DNA of 64,000 bases from the human T2T-CHM13v2.0 reference genome, Homo sapiens. Made by a program: the position numbers and the translations under genes. Each line of letters opens with the position of its first letter. Within the stretch, counting starts at the first letter, position 1. Under the pieces are notes generated by a model that was not told the origin of the DNA, did no database searches, and worked only from the letters and a program-made list of their open reading frames with translations. The stretch is from assembly GCF_009914755.1 (NCBI RefSeq), contig NC_060933.1; one strand, 5' to 3'. Shown here one piece after another: positions 1 through 13,024 of the stretch.

Positions 1-139
1 TTTTTTTAAGGCTATGAATCTATTTTGGACACATGACATTATTTGTCAAAATCCTTTGTAAAATACAGTACAAAGTGTGAATCCTAACACTTAAAATTTT
101 GAAAAGAAAAAATTTTAAAAACATAAATATTTACAGATA

Positions 140-1252
140 TGTTTATATACATGGGTTGGTATACACACATATATTTCCATCTCTGCAGTGAAGAGCACCT
201 AAAGGCAAAGACACCCCAGTAACTTTGAGGACACCACTTCCCCAGATCTTACTTTCTAATTGTAATCTCCTCCAACAGAAACAATTAGGGCTTTTTGGAT
301 AAACGGCTGATTCTAGGACTAAGACAGGAAATATACCAGATAAGCCTGGTATATCTTGTAGTGTCACAAAATAAGGGAGTTTAAAAAACAAAACAAAACC
401 ATAATGAGGAAGTTAAAGCACCCCAGAGCCAACTGAAAGAGCTCTCAAACAATAAATATGAAAAATAAAGTACTATATTTTAACCAAAAGTAGAATGTAA
501 ATATCCATGAGTTCAAACTAATTTAAATTATTGTGTAGAAAACAAATAGAGTAGAAAAGACAAATCTCCCATGCAGAAGAAATCCAAATAACTTACATAG
601 ATAATCTGCCCTCAAGGAAGTTGCATTTAATTCCACAATCCTTAAGTGTGCTCTGCATTGTGACTTCTCTCCCCAAAGTACAGTATAGAAAGAAGGGAAA
701 AGAATAACTTGGCAGTGAAGAAATCTGACAAACCATTACCTCAGCCACGGATCCAAGTTAACAACAGTGATACCATGATTGTATATAATCTTGATGTGAT
801 GTTCTCAAAATGATACTTAACCCATCTAATTTCTTTCCAAAAAGCCATAACTCCAGTCTAATCATAAGGAAGAACATCAGACTTTTTAATTCAAATTGAG
901 ACCATTTTAATTGAAGAACTTTCTATAAAACATTTGAATTCTGGATACAAGGAATGTCTGGGAAACTTATAGCCAAGAGGAACTTAAACAGACATGATAA
1001 TTAAATGCAATATGGTATCTTGGATGAGATCTTGGGACAAGAAAAGGCACATCAAGTGTAATATAAGAAAATATGATTAAGATACACATTTTAGTGACTA
1101 AAGCCTCAATAGTGGTTAATTACAACAAATATTCATAGTGATGAAAGATATTAATTATAAAGGAAACTGAGTGTAGAGTTTATGGAGACTACTAGTACTC
1201 TGTAATATTTCTGTAAATTCAAAACTGGTATAAAAATAAAGTTTATTAAAAA
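140..1252 (+). mobile_element. Old L1 3' UTR fragment (L1MC3-like)
   Basis: Blocks resemble the recalled L1MC3 3' end: ATATCCATGAGT..., AGACAAATCTCCCATGCAGAAGA, CCATAACTCCAGTCTAATCAT, and the terminus TTTCTGTAAATTCAAAACTGGTATAAAAATAAAGTTTATTAAAAA. Confidence 0.75.
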
Positions 1253-1261
1253 TATCATATA

Positions 1262-1720
1262 TCTGTCCACCGAAAAAGTCTAAAAGCAATGATACCCTGG
1301 AATTAATTAGCACACCTAGCGCCCAGGTTTTGGTTTCAGAATGCCATTAGCCACTAAATAGAATTAAGACTCCTTGAAGAGATACTAGAATATAATCTTT
1401 TGGCACACAAAATGCATGTAAGGCTTATATCTATCTAAATCTGTATCTGTATCTGTATCTGTATCTGTATCTGTATCTGTATCCGTACCTGTACCTGTAT
1501 CTGTATCTATATCTAGACTTACCTTGGTGTAGATACTGTTTTGCAAGAAACACTCAAAGACCAATAAAATCATGTAAACTCACACAGACACACAATTAAA
1601 TTCAGCTTGAAAGAGCTGGTTATATGTGGTGTGATTTTAGCATCAAAATGAATAATTTCAATGACTATAATTTAAAGTAACCATTAAGTCAATATAAGGA
1701 TGTGAATTCATAATATGTAA
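1262..1720 (+). mobile_element. Second old L1 3' UTR fragment (L1MC4-like), interrupted by a microsatellite
   Basis: TGTCCACCGAAAAAGTCTAAAAGCAATGATACC...AGCACACCTAGCGCCCAGGTTTTGGTTTC and TTTAGCATCAAAATGAATAAT resemble the L1MC4 3' UTR. Confidence 0.55.
1428..1514. repeat. (ATCTGT)n hexamer microsatellite with ACCTGT variants
   Basis: Tandem array seen directly; it produces the DTDTDT pseudo-ORF 1385..1573. Confidence 0.95.
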
Positions 1721-2051
1721 GGAAATGGGGGAATGAGAGAGAGAAGTGGAAGGAGGAAGGGATGAAGAGGACATTCTGTGCACATTTTGCTCACTTTAAT
1801 TCCTGAAATCTTTAATACACTTAAGAAACTGACTTAAAGTCAAAAGTGACCCATTTAAGTCTCATCAGCATAAATGCAACCTTTTTTATAGGTGCACATT
1901 TGTGCACACACACAGAGATTTTAGAAACGACATAAAACATAATGTAATAAATTCTGCAGGCAAATGGCATATATTAGAAATGCTTACTCAGTAATAGGCA
2001 TCTGGTAATATTATTAAGAGCATTTTTTAGTCATTCGAGCGTCTATTTAAT

Positions 2052-2135
2052 TGTATTTAGTGAGGATGAAATTGGCTAATACATGTACTTAGAAACGTGC
2101 CTAGTACTTAATATACTCATATATAATTATTATAA
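2052..2135 (+). mobile_element. MIR 3' fragment
   Basis: GTGAGGATGAAATTGGCTAATACATGTACTTAGAAACGTGCCTAGTAC resembles the MIR 3' end. Confidence 0.5.
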
Positions 2136-2388
2136 TTTAATAGTATGAACAAAATGAAAATAGTTTGAAAATCCATACATCTACATAGAGTGATTTTTTT
2201 CCTACCTATTCTCTAGGTCAATGGTTTTTAAACTATTTTTTTCCATAAAATTTATTGTACACAATACAAACTATATTATATGTTATAGGATATTTAAAGG
2301 ACATACATATGTAATTTTTCATCTAAGTAATTTTCACCTTAATTTTGAACCCGAATTCCAAGAAAGATCTGATTTTCAGTCTACAGTA

Positions 2389-2740
2389 TTTTTTTTTAAA
2401 TTTTGAGTTCTGGAGTACATGTGCAGGATGTGTGGGTTTGTTACATAGGTAAACATGTGCCATGGTGGTTTCCTACACCCAGCAATCCATCACCTAGGTA
2501 TTAAGCCCAGCATGCTTTAGCTATTTTTCCTAATGCTCTCCCTCCCCCAACCCCATCTACCAAAAGGCTCCTGTGTGTGTTGTTCCCCTCCCTGTGTCAA
2601 TGTGTTCACATTGTTCAGTTCCCACTTGTAAGTGAGAACATGTGGTGTTTGGTTTTCTGTTCCTGAGTTAGTTTGCTGAAGATAATGGCTTCCAGCTCTG
2701 TCCGTGTCCCTACAAAGGACATGCTCTCATTCCTTTTTAT
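2389..2740 (-). mobile_element. 5'-truncated primate L1 (L1PA7-10-like 3' UTR) with TSD
   Basis: Poly-T, then GTACATGTGCAGGATGTG...CCTAGGTATTAAGCCCAGCATGC...GTGAGAACATG. TSD CAGTCTACAGTA (2377-2388) / CAGCCTAGAGTA (2741-2752). Confidence 0.9.
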
Positions 2741-3824
2741 CAGCCTAGAGTATTTTTAAAGAACATTTCATTATTTTCATTTTGGTACATTATATTGCAC
2801 AGGAATTATTGCTCATTCTTTAGGCTTGTTCCAGCAAGATGGTGTTTGAAAAATGTAATTCTCTTTTTTGTGGTATATAACATCACTGGATACGTACAAT
2901 TATATATTCAGTGAAACATTTGCAGGTTCATTTTTATAAAAACATTTGTTCGATTTTTTTTAACTCTAGAGTAGAGCCAATGTGGAAAGAATTATTTAGG
3001 TAAATCACATACCAATAAACATACTCAACTGAATATTAAATCTCTAAAATATAAACTATGAATATCTGTGTTTTAATAAACCTTCTAGTTGAGCAGAAAA
3101 ATGTTTTATTAAAATAAAAAATGGTACACAGTACGATGAAACATAAAATAATATATGTAGTCATAGGCAAATCAATATCCGTTTTGCGCTACACATTTTT
3201 AGTAGTTTCATACAGTTTTTATTACTGAAATCTTTTGGAAATTCAACTCACAAATAACCTAATGGGTTTAGGTCATAAAGCATGCATGTATATTTTTGAA
3301 TACATTTAAATATAATGCCAATTATGAATATTTCTCTTGTACACCATAATGAAACATATTTTGATTATATCAGAATAGTGGACATACAAAGATAAGATCC
3401 TAGAAATCCCTCAGAGAAGCTTCAGTATCAATGAAGAATATTTATAGAATAGACCTGCAATCTATATAGACAATCTATTCAATTTATATAGACAATTTAT
3501 TCAGCTAAACTATTCCAATGTGTAACAGTAACATATTCACTAAATTCCCCACTCTCCGCTTTTTTTGGCTACACAGGTAGAAGGCAGGCCTAGTGCAGCA
3601 GCAAAAACTAAATGAAATGCAATAGTGGAAGAGAAATAGGAATCCGTGTGGTTAATGGACCACTGTGATGATCACCATGAACAAAAAGTAGATGTCAGTT
3701 ATTTTTATGCGTTTGCTTTGGAATTCCCAGTAGTATGGACAAAGAGAAGACAAATTCCTTTCAAATATTTCTCCTAACTTCTCAATAAGTACTTTAATTA
3801 TTTGAGAGCCCTGGCACTCTAGAT

Positions 3825-4001
3825 CAGTGATTGTCCATATTGGCTACCAATAGAATCACTTTGAAGAAATTTAAATAAGAACCATGTTCCATTAACACCC
3901 CAGATTAATTCAACAAAATCACTTGAGGTTGATCTCAAGTGTAGGTATTTTTTAAAGCTCTCCGAATGATGATATTCTGTAGACATCCTTGAGAATCACT
4001 C
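3825..4001 (+). mobile_element. MER5-family hAT-Charlie MITE
   Basis: About 177 bp with decayed TIRs CAGTGATTGTCCA...TGAGAATCACTC, internal TAGAATCAC and GTATTTTTTAAAGCTC, preceded by a TCTAGA-type hAT target. Confidence 0.7.
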
Positions 4002-4541
4002 CAGTGTTCAAATTGATTGTGTTGTCTTTGTGTGATACTATATTGATTCCAATGTGGAACTCACTTATTCAGTTTTCAAAACATATATTTAGTGTATATT
4101 ACTGAATTTAATATATCTTACCAAACATTGTTTTCAGGAAGAGTCATTCACAGAAATACACAATATTTATTACCAAATTTGTTTCACTCCTCCTGTGGTC
4201 TCTGATTCTCTCTCTGTTTCTCTCATTGAAGTTGCTTCTTCTCTAATTTTCAAGATTTTGTACCAGAAAGCCATCAGACCAATCAGTGAGATGCAGAGGA
4301 GAGAGAATTTGTCTCCAACCCAGGCACTGACATAGTAGTTTGTTTTGCTTTACATCAAACATACCCTAAAAAGGGCAAGAGAGTCAAGCAGTATGATTTC
4401 TTGAGTGGATTTCTAATGCCAGTAATTAAGAAAATATAAATTATCCCATTTATTGCTCTATGAATGCTAGAGAAAGTAAAGAATAAACTGATTTAGGATC
4501 AATAAATAGTCAAATTAATTAAAAAGAATAATTAAAACAGC

Positions 4542-4994
4542 ATACTCTGGTTACTTCTGCAGGGGAAGTTACTACCCCAAGACTTAGCAGCTAAAAATAA
4601 TAACCATTTTATGATGTCATGATTTTGTGGGTGAGGGATTTGGCTAAGTTTGGCTAGGTTATTCTGCTTCATTTGGTGTTCATGGAGAATACTGCATGGT
4701 ATTCAACTGATGTATGGGCTTCTCTGGAGGGTCCAAGAAGATTCCATTTACTTCCATTCATATGTATGGCTCCTTGGTGGGTATGGCTAGAAGGCTGGGC
4801 TAAGCTGGGACTGCTGCCATTCTATCTACACATGCCTCCTCTGCATGGGAGCATCAGGGGACTCAGACATCTACTATGGAGGCTCAAGTCACCAAGAGCA
4901 AGCATTCTAGTGAACAAGGTGGAAGATTCATGACCTTATTCTCTAGTTTCAATAATCACTTCTGCTGTACTCCTGGTCAAAGTAATCACAAACC
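4542..4994 (-). mobile_element. MLT1H-like MaLR LTR (3' LTR of a split provirus), inner end missing
   Basis: CCCCAAGACTTAGCAGCTAAAA...CTGGAGGGTCCAAGA...GGCTAGAAGGCTGGGCTAAGCTGGGAC...AACAAGGTGGAAG; collinear with the LTR at 14402-14915. Confidence 0.75.
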
Positions 4995-5432
4995 TGTGAA
5001 GGTGTTAAGAATATGCCACCCCAAAATATGCTGTGTTGGCATATTGACTATTTTGAATTAAAGGTACTTTAAAAAACAGCAGATACAAAAAAATTCACTC
5101 TAACCTTCATTCTGTTGCTTAAAAACAGGAGAAAAAAGTCTAACATAAAAAATGGACTGCCTATAAAAGTTTTATCATCAAGGACACAAAGTTTAAGCCA
5201 AAAGAAATATGCACAAACAAACCTTGTTAAACTAGCCCCTCCCTTCCTACTCACTTCTCTACCCAGTTAACTACCCTGGCCCAAGCGCTTTGCCTTATTA
5301 TCTTTCACAACTTAACTATTTTTTTACCCAATTTTATATGTAAGTACTTGACTCAAACTGCTTTTTTTTTTTAAATCTTCATTTCCTATTAGGTCTTTTG
5401 TGTCATTTAAAACTTATATTAAATAATTCTGT
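4995..5432 (+). mobile_element. MER34-group ERV1 solo LTR, 3'-truncated
   Basis: Starts TGTGAAGGTGTTAAGAATATGCCACCCCAAAATATGC...GGCATATTGACTATTTTGA and ends near AAAACTTATATTAAATAA. Confidence 0.75.
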
Positions 5433-5977
5433 GCCATCTTAATCCTAGAAATGCATGATCTTTTTCACAGACTGGTTTATTTTCTTTCGGATATATACCC
5501 AGTAATGGGATTGCTAGGTCGAATGGTAACTCTGTTTTTACTTCTTTGGGAAATCTCCAAACTGCTTTCCACAGTGGCTGAACTAATTTACATAACTACC
5601 AATAGTGTATCAGCATTCCCTTTTCTTTGAAGCCTTGCCAGCATCTCTTGGTTTTTGACTTTTTGATAATAGCCATTCAGACTGGTATGAGAAGGTATCT
5701 CATTTTGGTTTTGATTTGCATCTTTCTGATGATTAGTGATGTTGATCATTTTTTTCATGTTTATTAGGTGTTTGTATGTCTTCTTGTGAAAAGTGCCTGT
5801 TCATGTCATCTCATTTGCCCACTTTTCAATGAGGCTATTTGTTTTTTGCTTATTGAATTGTTTAAGTTCCTTACAGATTGTGGATATTAATCCTTTCTTA
5901 GATGAATAGCTTGTGATGATTTTCTTTCATTCCGTGGGTTGTATGTTGACTCTGACGTTTTGTTTTGTTTTGTTTCT

Positions 5978-6013
<36 letters not shown>

Positions 6014-6789
6014 GCAGAAGCTCTTTAGTATAATTAGGCTTACTTGTTAATTTTTGTTGCAATTGATTTTGAGGATTTAGTTATAAATTATTTGCTAAGG
6101 CTGATGCCAAGAATGGTATTTCCTAGGTTTAGTTCTAGAATTTTCTAGTTTGAGATACTATATTTAAGTTTTTAATCCATCTTGAGTTAATTTTTACATA
6201 TGGTGAAATGTAGAGGTCCAGTTTAATTCTTCTGTATATGGCTAGCCAGTTATCCCAGCACCATTTATTGAATACAGAGTCCTACCCCCACAGCTTACTT
6301 TTGTCAAGTTTGTCAAAAATCAGATGGTTGTAGGTGTGTGGCTTTATGTCTAGGTACTCTATTCAGTTACATTGCTCTATGTGTTTTTTGTTTGTTTGTT
6401 TGTACCAGTACCATGCTGTTTTGATTACTTTAACCTTTGAGTACAGTTTGAAGTTGGGTAATGTTATGACTCTGGCTTTATTCTTTTTGCTTATGATTGC
6501 TTTGGCTATTCAGGCTCAATTTTGTTCCATATGAATACCATTCCTATGAAATTACCAACATCATTTTTCACAGAATTAGAAAAAAACTTCAAAAATGTCA
6601 TAGGAATAATGTTGAATCTGTAGATTGCTTTGGGTAGAACGGCCATTATAACAATATTGATTCTTCTAATCTTTGAACGTGCAAAGTTTTTTCATTTGTT
6701 TGTGTCATCTGTGATTCCTTTCAGTAGTATTTTGTTGTTCTCCTTGTAGAAATCTTTCACCTCCTTGTTTAGCTGTATTGTTAGGTATC

Positions 6790-6833
6790 TGTGTGTGTGT
6801 GTGTGTGTGTGTGTTGTGTGTGTGTGTATGTGT
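6790..6833. repeat. (TG)n microsatellite inside L1
   Basis: Seen directly. Confidence 0.95.
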
Positions 6834-7036
6834 GGCTATTTTAAACGGGATTGGGTTCTTGATTTGGCTCTCAGCTACAACATTATTGATGTATATAAAT
6901 GCTAATAATTTTTGTACATTAATTTTGTATCATGAAACTTTACTGCAGTTATTTATCTGTTCTAGGAGCCTTTTGGCAGAGTCTTCACAATTTTCTAGGT
7001 ATAGAATCATATCATCAGAAAGGACAGATAATTTGG

Positions 7037-7341
7037 GGCCAGGGGCTGTGGCTCACGCCTCTAATCCCAGCACTTTGGGAGGCCGAGGCAGGCGGATCAC
7101 GAGGTCAGCAGATCGAGACCATCCTGGCTAACACGGTGAAACCCCCGCCTCTACTAAAAATACAAAAAATTAGCCAGGCATGAGGGCGGGCGCCTGTAGT
7201 CCCAGCTACTCGGGAGGCTGAGGCAGGAGAATGGCGTGAACCCGCAGGCGGAGCTTTAAGTGAGCCAAGATCGCGCCACTGCACACCAGCCTGGGCGACA
7301 AAGCGAGACTCCGTCTCAAAAAAAAAAAAAAAAAAAAAGAA
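7037..7341 (+). mobile_element. AluY
   Basis: Full dimer with AluY-type GATCGAGACCATCCTGGCTAACACGG and GAATGGCGTGAACCC, plus poly-A. 19-bp TSD AGAAAGGACAG(A/G)TAATTTG at 7017-7035 and 7342-7360. Confidence 0.96.
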
Positions 7342-9454
7342 AGAAAGGACAGGTAATTTGACTTCATTTTCTATGTGGATGCATTTTATGTCTTTCTCTT
7401 GCCTGATTGCTTGGGCTTAGACATCCAGTACTATGTGGAATAGGAGTAGTGAGAGTGGATATCCTTGTCTTGTTCCTGTTCACAAAAGGAATGCTTCCCG
7501 CTTTTACCCTGATGTTGGCTGTGCATTTCTCATCCACGGCATTTATTATTTTGAGGTGCATTCCTTCAATGCATTTTTGAGAGTTTTTGTCATGAAAGAT
7601 TGTTGGGTTTTATCAAAAGTTTTTTCTGCGTATGTTGAGATGATCATATGGTTTTCATTTTTAGTTCTGTTTATGTATTGAATCATATATATTGATTTGT
7701 GTATATTGAAACTATTCTGCATCCCAGGAATAAAGCCTACTGTATGGTATTGAATTAACTTTTTGATACACTGCTGAATTTGGTTTCCTAGTATTTAGTT
7801 GAGGATTTTTGTATCTATTTATCAGAGATACTGCCCTGTGATTTTCCTTTTTCATTGTGTCTTTGCCAAATTTTAGTATTAGGATGATGCTGACTTCATA
7901 GAATGAGTTAGGGGGGAATCCCTTCTCCTGGATTTTTAGAAGAGTTTCAGTTGACTAAGTACCAGTTCTTTGTACGTCTAGTAGAATTTTGCTGTGAACC
8001 CATTTGGTCCAGGGCTTTTTTTTTTTTTTGGGGGGGGGGGGTTGGTAGGATTTTTATTACTGATTCAATTTCAGAACTCTATTAGTCTCTTCAGAGTTTC
8101 AATTTCTTTCTCATTCAATCTTGGGAGGTTGTGTGTTTCTAGGAATATATTCATTTCCTCTAAATTTTCCAGTTTGTGTGCATAGATATGTTTATAGTAG
8201 TCTCTGAGGATCTTTTATATTTCTGTAGGATAAGTTGTAATGCCATCTTTGTCATTTCGGATTGTGTTTATTTGGATCTTCTCTTCTTCTTTCTTTGGTA
8301 ATCTGATTAGTGGTCTACAGATCTTATTTATTCTTTCAAAGCACCAAGTTTTGGGTTTGCTGATCCTTTGTATGGATTTGGGGATATCAAATTCATTCAG
8401 TTCTGCTTTGATTTTAGTAATTTCTTTTCTCTTATTTTTTGGATTATTTTGTTCTTGTTTTTCTAGTTCCTCAAAGCACAATCTTAGATTGTTAATTTGA
8501 GAACTTTCTATCTTCTCGATGCAGAATTTTTTATGTCTGCTTTGATTTTGTTGTTTCCCCAAAAGTTTTCAAGAACAAGTTGTTAATTTCCATGTAATTG
8601 TGATTTTGAGATATCTTCTTGGTATTGATTCCCATTTTTATTTCCCTGTGGCCTTAATGCGTGGTTAGTATGATTTATCATTTTGGGGGGAATTTTTTGA
8701 TGCTTGCTTTATGGCCAAGTATGTAGTCAGTCTTAGATTTGTTCTGTGTGCAGATGAGTAAACTCTATTTTCTGTGGTTGATTAGTAGAATATTCTATAG
8801 TGTCTATTAGATCCAATAGATTGTGTTGAATTTAATACCAGAATTTATTTGCCAGTTTTCTGCCTTGATGATCTGTCTAATTCTGTCAGTGGGGTGTTGA
8901 AGTTTTTCAGTATTATTGTGTGACTAAGTCTTTTCCTAGGTCTACAAGTACTTGTTTTATGAATATGCATGCTTCTATGTTGGATATGTTGCCACTTTGT
9001 GCCTTTTAATTGGGTCATGTAGACCATTTATATTCACAGTTAATATTGATTTGTGAGATTGTTATCCTATCATGAAGTTGTTAGTAGCTCTGTGATTTCA
9101 ACTGTGTAGTTGCTTTATAGGTTTGTGGACTATGTACTTAAGTGTGTTTTTGTGGTAGCAAGTTTCATCCTTTTGTTTCCTTGTTTAGAACTCCATGAAG
9201 GACCTCTTGTGAGGATGGTCTATTAATTAGGTAATTAATCTCTTTAGCATTTGCTTGTCTGAAAAATATTGTATTTCTTCACTTATGAAATTTATTTTGG
9301 CAGGATATGAAAATCTTGGTTGAATGTTCTTCTCTTTAAGAGTGTTGAAAATAGATGCCCAGTCCCTTTTGGCTTGTAAGGTTTCTGCTGAGAGGTTTCT
9401 GTTAGCCTGATAGGGTTCCCTTTGTGAACAACTTTTTCTCTAGCTGCGTTTAAG

Positions 9455-9487
<33 letters not shown>

Positions 9488-12109
9488 ATTGGTCTTGGAT
9501 AGTCTGGTGACTATATGCCTTGGTGATGTTCATTTTGTGTAGTATCTTGCAAGTGTTGTCTGGATTTTTTTATATCTTTATGTTTACCTCTTTAGTAAGA
9601 TTAAGGAAATTTTCTTGAAATATCCCCTTAAATATGTTTTCTGGGTTGTTTACATTTGGCCTCTCTTAGGAATGCCAATAATTTGTAAGTTAGGCCACTT
9701 TACATAATCCCACATTTCTTAGACTTTATTCATTTCGTAATTTTTTTTTATTTTTGTCTGACTGGATTAACTCAAAAGGGCAGTCTTCAATTTCTGAAAT
9801 TTTTTCTTCTACTCTATCGAAAGCTTTCCATTTTATTTTGAAATTTCTTACATGATTTTTTTTAATTCCAGAAGCTCTGATTAATTCTGTTTAAGATATT
9901 TATCCTTTCTTCATTTCCTGGATTACTTTAGAAGTTTCCTTGTGTTGATTTTCAAGCTTGTCTTGAGACTCTAGCTTTTAAAATCCTTGCTTTTAATTCT
10001 TTATGTCATTTCTGAGTTTCCATTTTTGTTAGGGCTCATTGTTAGAAAGGTGCTAGGATCCTTTGGTGGTGTGACAACATTCAGATTTTTTTACAATGCC
10101 AGAATTCTTAATGCTGATTTATTCTTGTCTGGACAGCCTGCCACTTTTAATCTTTTAACTATTTTCACATGGCAAGATATTTTTCTTTTTGTCTATATTT
10201 TTTCTTTCCCTGTCTTCCCCTCCCCAAATGGTGTGACTGTAGAGTAAGTTGAGTAGGGTCTTCTGGTTTTGCTTCTATAGCTCTATGTACTTCTGTTAGT
10301 GGGTTTTACATTGGGCTGTACCATTTGACCTACAGACCACTACATGTTACTTACGGTTAAGAGCCAGCTGTGGCACAGGCAAATGTGGATGTATCTGATC
10401 TTTGTTTACTCTGGAGTGCTCTCTGTTTCAAGTGATGGGCTAGCTGGACAGTGGAGTCCCCAGTCTCCTGAGTTTTCTGTGCCATGGCAGTGGGGGTCAC
10501 AGCTGGGCAGAGCTGGAGCCCCTGGCTTCCCCATGAGGGATGTATGTTGACTGCAGGCACCAACCCTGATGAAGGTGGCTGGGAGGGGCTCCTGGAGAAA
10601 TGTGCTGATGTCTCTTCCTACTGGAAATGATGAAGCTGTGGCATCTCCTCATCTTAGATAGGCAGTAATGTGCACTGTTACTCTATAACCCCCATATTTC
10701 GGGGGCTCATGACTTCTAGTTCAGATGAACACTGTAGTCTGTCTCTGAACCGTAATGTGGCTGATAGCCTCAGGAAATGCCTGTTTTGTGACTCTCCATG
10801 GGAGTGGTTTCGGGGTACAACTTCTTCATATTATGATAGCTTTATGGCTCATCTGTTCTCTGATGTGGTAGCACTGCAATTTCATGTAAAGGTGAGGGCT
10901 CCACCTTTGGACCCATGCTGGTGGGTGTTTGTTGTGGTGGTATAGGCCACTTGGATTAGCCCAACCTCAGGCCCTGGGGAAGTGGTCAGGTGCTAGCAGA
11001 GTTGGAATACAATAGATAGTTTCCCAGTTCCCTTGTCCTAGATGGCCAACTGAACATCATGTATGAGTCCTAATGGGGCTAATCTGGGGTTGGACTAGCC
11101 CAAGGATCAAGTTCTGGTCGTAACTGGGGAGGGGCTGGCTAGTTCTCAGGTCATGGGCTGAACTCTCAGGCAGGGGCAGACAGAATACTTGGGCAGTGGG
11201 AGCCCAAGGAAAGTTCATAATCCACTGGAGGTAGGGTTTTCAGTAGGACTCTGGGCCACAGCTGAAATGCTAAGTCAGGTGTGTGCAGTCATGCTGTGTG
11301 CCCAAGCTGGTGTACCCTGTTTGGAGTGGAGCAGCACGGGCAAATTTTCCATGGTAAAAGTTCTGGTTGCCTCTCAGTGCAGCAGCAGCAGCATGCTGGA
11401 AATGCAGGAAAGCACTCAACTCCTTTGATCCCTCTGTAGCCTGAGGGAACCAGCAATTGCAGAGGGACTATCACATACCTCTGGGAGTTTCCTCCCAGAG
11501 AAATGCGGAGCTATGACTCTCCACCCTGACGGCAGGGTGGCTGTGCTAGGGACCAAAGCTGGTGAGTCCTGCCTGGTGAGAAGTGAGGGTGCGATCTGCA
11601 GTTAATTTACTCCTCAGCACTGCGTCTGTGGCATCTGTACTAGGAGTAAGTGAAAGAGCCTTTCCTCCCTTGTTGACAGGGCTATGGCAGCTGGCACTGA
11701 AGTGCTCAGGGATCCAAGACCTGTGGGACCCTATATGGGCTTGAGCAGTGCCTCTGCACAGACTCCAGGTGGCTCTCTGTGTTGCTCTGGAGGCTCATGG
11801 TGGGTGAGAGAGTCTGTCCTGTGCCCAGGATTACTAAAGTCCATGGCGGAAGTGTGGATCTTCTAGGGGCTCTCACTCACTCACCCTTTCCTTACATTAG
11901 GGAGATTCCTCCAGCTCCCCTGGTCCCAGGTGGGTGGCTGTGCAGCTTTACTCTTCTTTGTTCTCCATGAGTCCTGTTGCTTTCTTGGTGAATTACAACG
12001 GGATCTCTTAGGTGATCTGCCTGAATTGCTGGTATTCGCTCACCACTTTGTTTCCTTTTTGTGAAAGCAGCACACATTAGCTGCTTCTAGTCAGCCATCT
12101 TGAACTTAG

Positions 12110-13020
12110 TTATATTATTCTAACATGCAAAATATACTCATGCCTCCCAATACCTCTCAAAATTCTCATCTCATAGTAAAAGTCTGGGTCAGAGTATGGA
12201 TGTCTTTAAGCCAAGTCAATTCTAAGTACAAATTAGGCTCTTCAAGTATGGTTTCTTAGGTACGATTCATCTGGATTCTAGGACCTATAAACTAAGAGTG
12301 AGTTAATTGCCTTTCATACATCCAATATTCGATGGTGAGAAAGGTATAGAAGTACCACTTTAGATCTCTTTATTGTAAAAGGGGAAATAGAAGAGGCTTA
12401 TACCAATCACTGGTCCAGAGCTGTTCTGAAATCTAGCTAGATGTGTATTGCCAGTTTCTTTAATAGGACCTTTTTCTGTTCCCTGGGCATGTTTGTTCAG
12501 CGTCTTTAGCACTGCCTTCTGGGCTTTTGGTTTTAATATTTGAGCCACAATTTCTCTTTCATTAAAAACAGCTCATATTTGCCATAGTTCTCTCACCCTA
12601 CTTTTTTCCTCTAAAATTTTTGGAGAACAACAGTCTATTATTTTTAAACATTTTTTTCCCTTTGGGTCCAACATGGCGTAATTTCTTTGTGATTTTCTTA
12701 GTTTTGGTTTAAAATTCACTCCATTAAACAAAAGACACACCCACAAATACCTTCTAGACAAGCTCTTATCTACCTTGCTGAGGAGCAGCATCCTTAAGAT
12801 ACTTAGAAACCTCTTTGTATTTAACAGAGAAACTGGGGAGCACACTTAAGATATTTTTAAAGGTTTGTGGTTGTTTTCTTTCTGAAATGTTTTATGAGAA
12901 TGGGGAACTTTCTAAATTCTTTCTGAGGGTTTAGCAAAGGATTTCAAAGTGATATAATGGCTATATCTTTTCCTGTTAATGTGATTTACTGAAAGAGCCC
13001 TGGTTTTGTCCTTTGCTCCC
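12110..13020 (-). mobile_element. MLT1-int (MaLR internal region), first part
   Basis: CATGCAAAATATACTCA, GACCTATAAACTAAGA...GTTAATTGCC and CAATCACTGGTCCAGAGCTGTTCTGAAATC resemble recalled MLT1F/H internal sequence. Confidence 0.65.
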
Positions 13021-13024
13021 ACCC

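Larger units (their letters stand above)
5455..12105 (-). mobile_element. Near-full-length dead L1 (L1PA15/16, L1P4-like); 5' UTR present, 3' end missing
   Basis: The 5' end reads CAAGATGGCTGACTAGAAGCAGCTA on the minus strand. ORF1 remnant 9292..9489 (HKGNPIRLT); ORF2 remnants 8215..8562 (KEITKIKAELNE...CFERINKI) and 8845..9027. Many stops, frameshifts and internal deletions. Confidence 0.92.

Noticed and set aside
1385-1573. Asp-Thr repeat protein
   Set aside because: Translation of the (ATCTGT)n microsatellite.
5432-5447. GCCATCTTAATCCTAG versus GCCATCTTGAACTTAG (about 12094) as a TSD of the L1
   Set aside because: The right copy is mostly the L1's own 5' end, the L1 3' end is missing, and there are three mismatches; probably chance.
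8016-8050. Poly-T/poly-G run as a functional G-quadruplex
   Set aside because: A homopolymer expansion inside a dead L1 with no supporting context.
9222-9239. ATTAATTA-GG-TAATTAAT palindrome
   Set aside because: 8-bp AT-only arms are expected by chance at this base composition.
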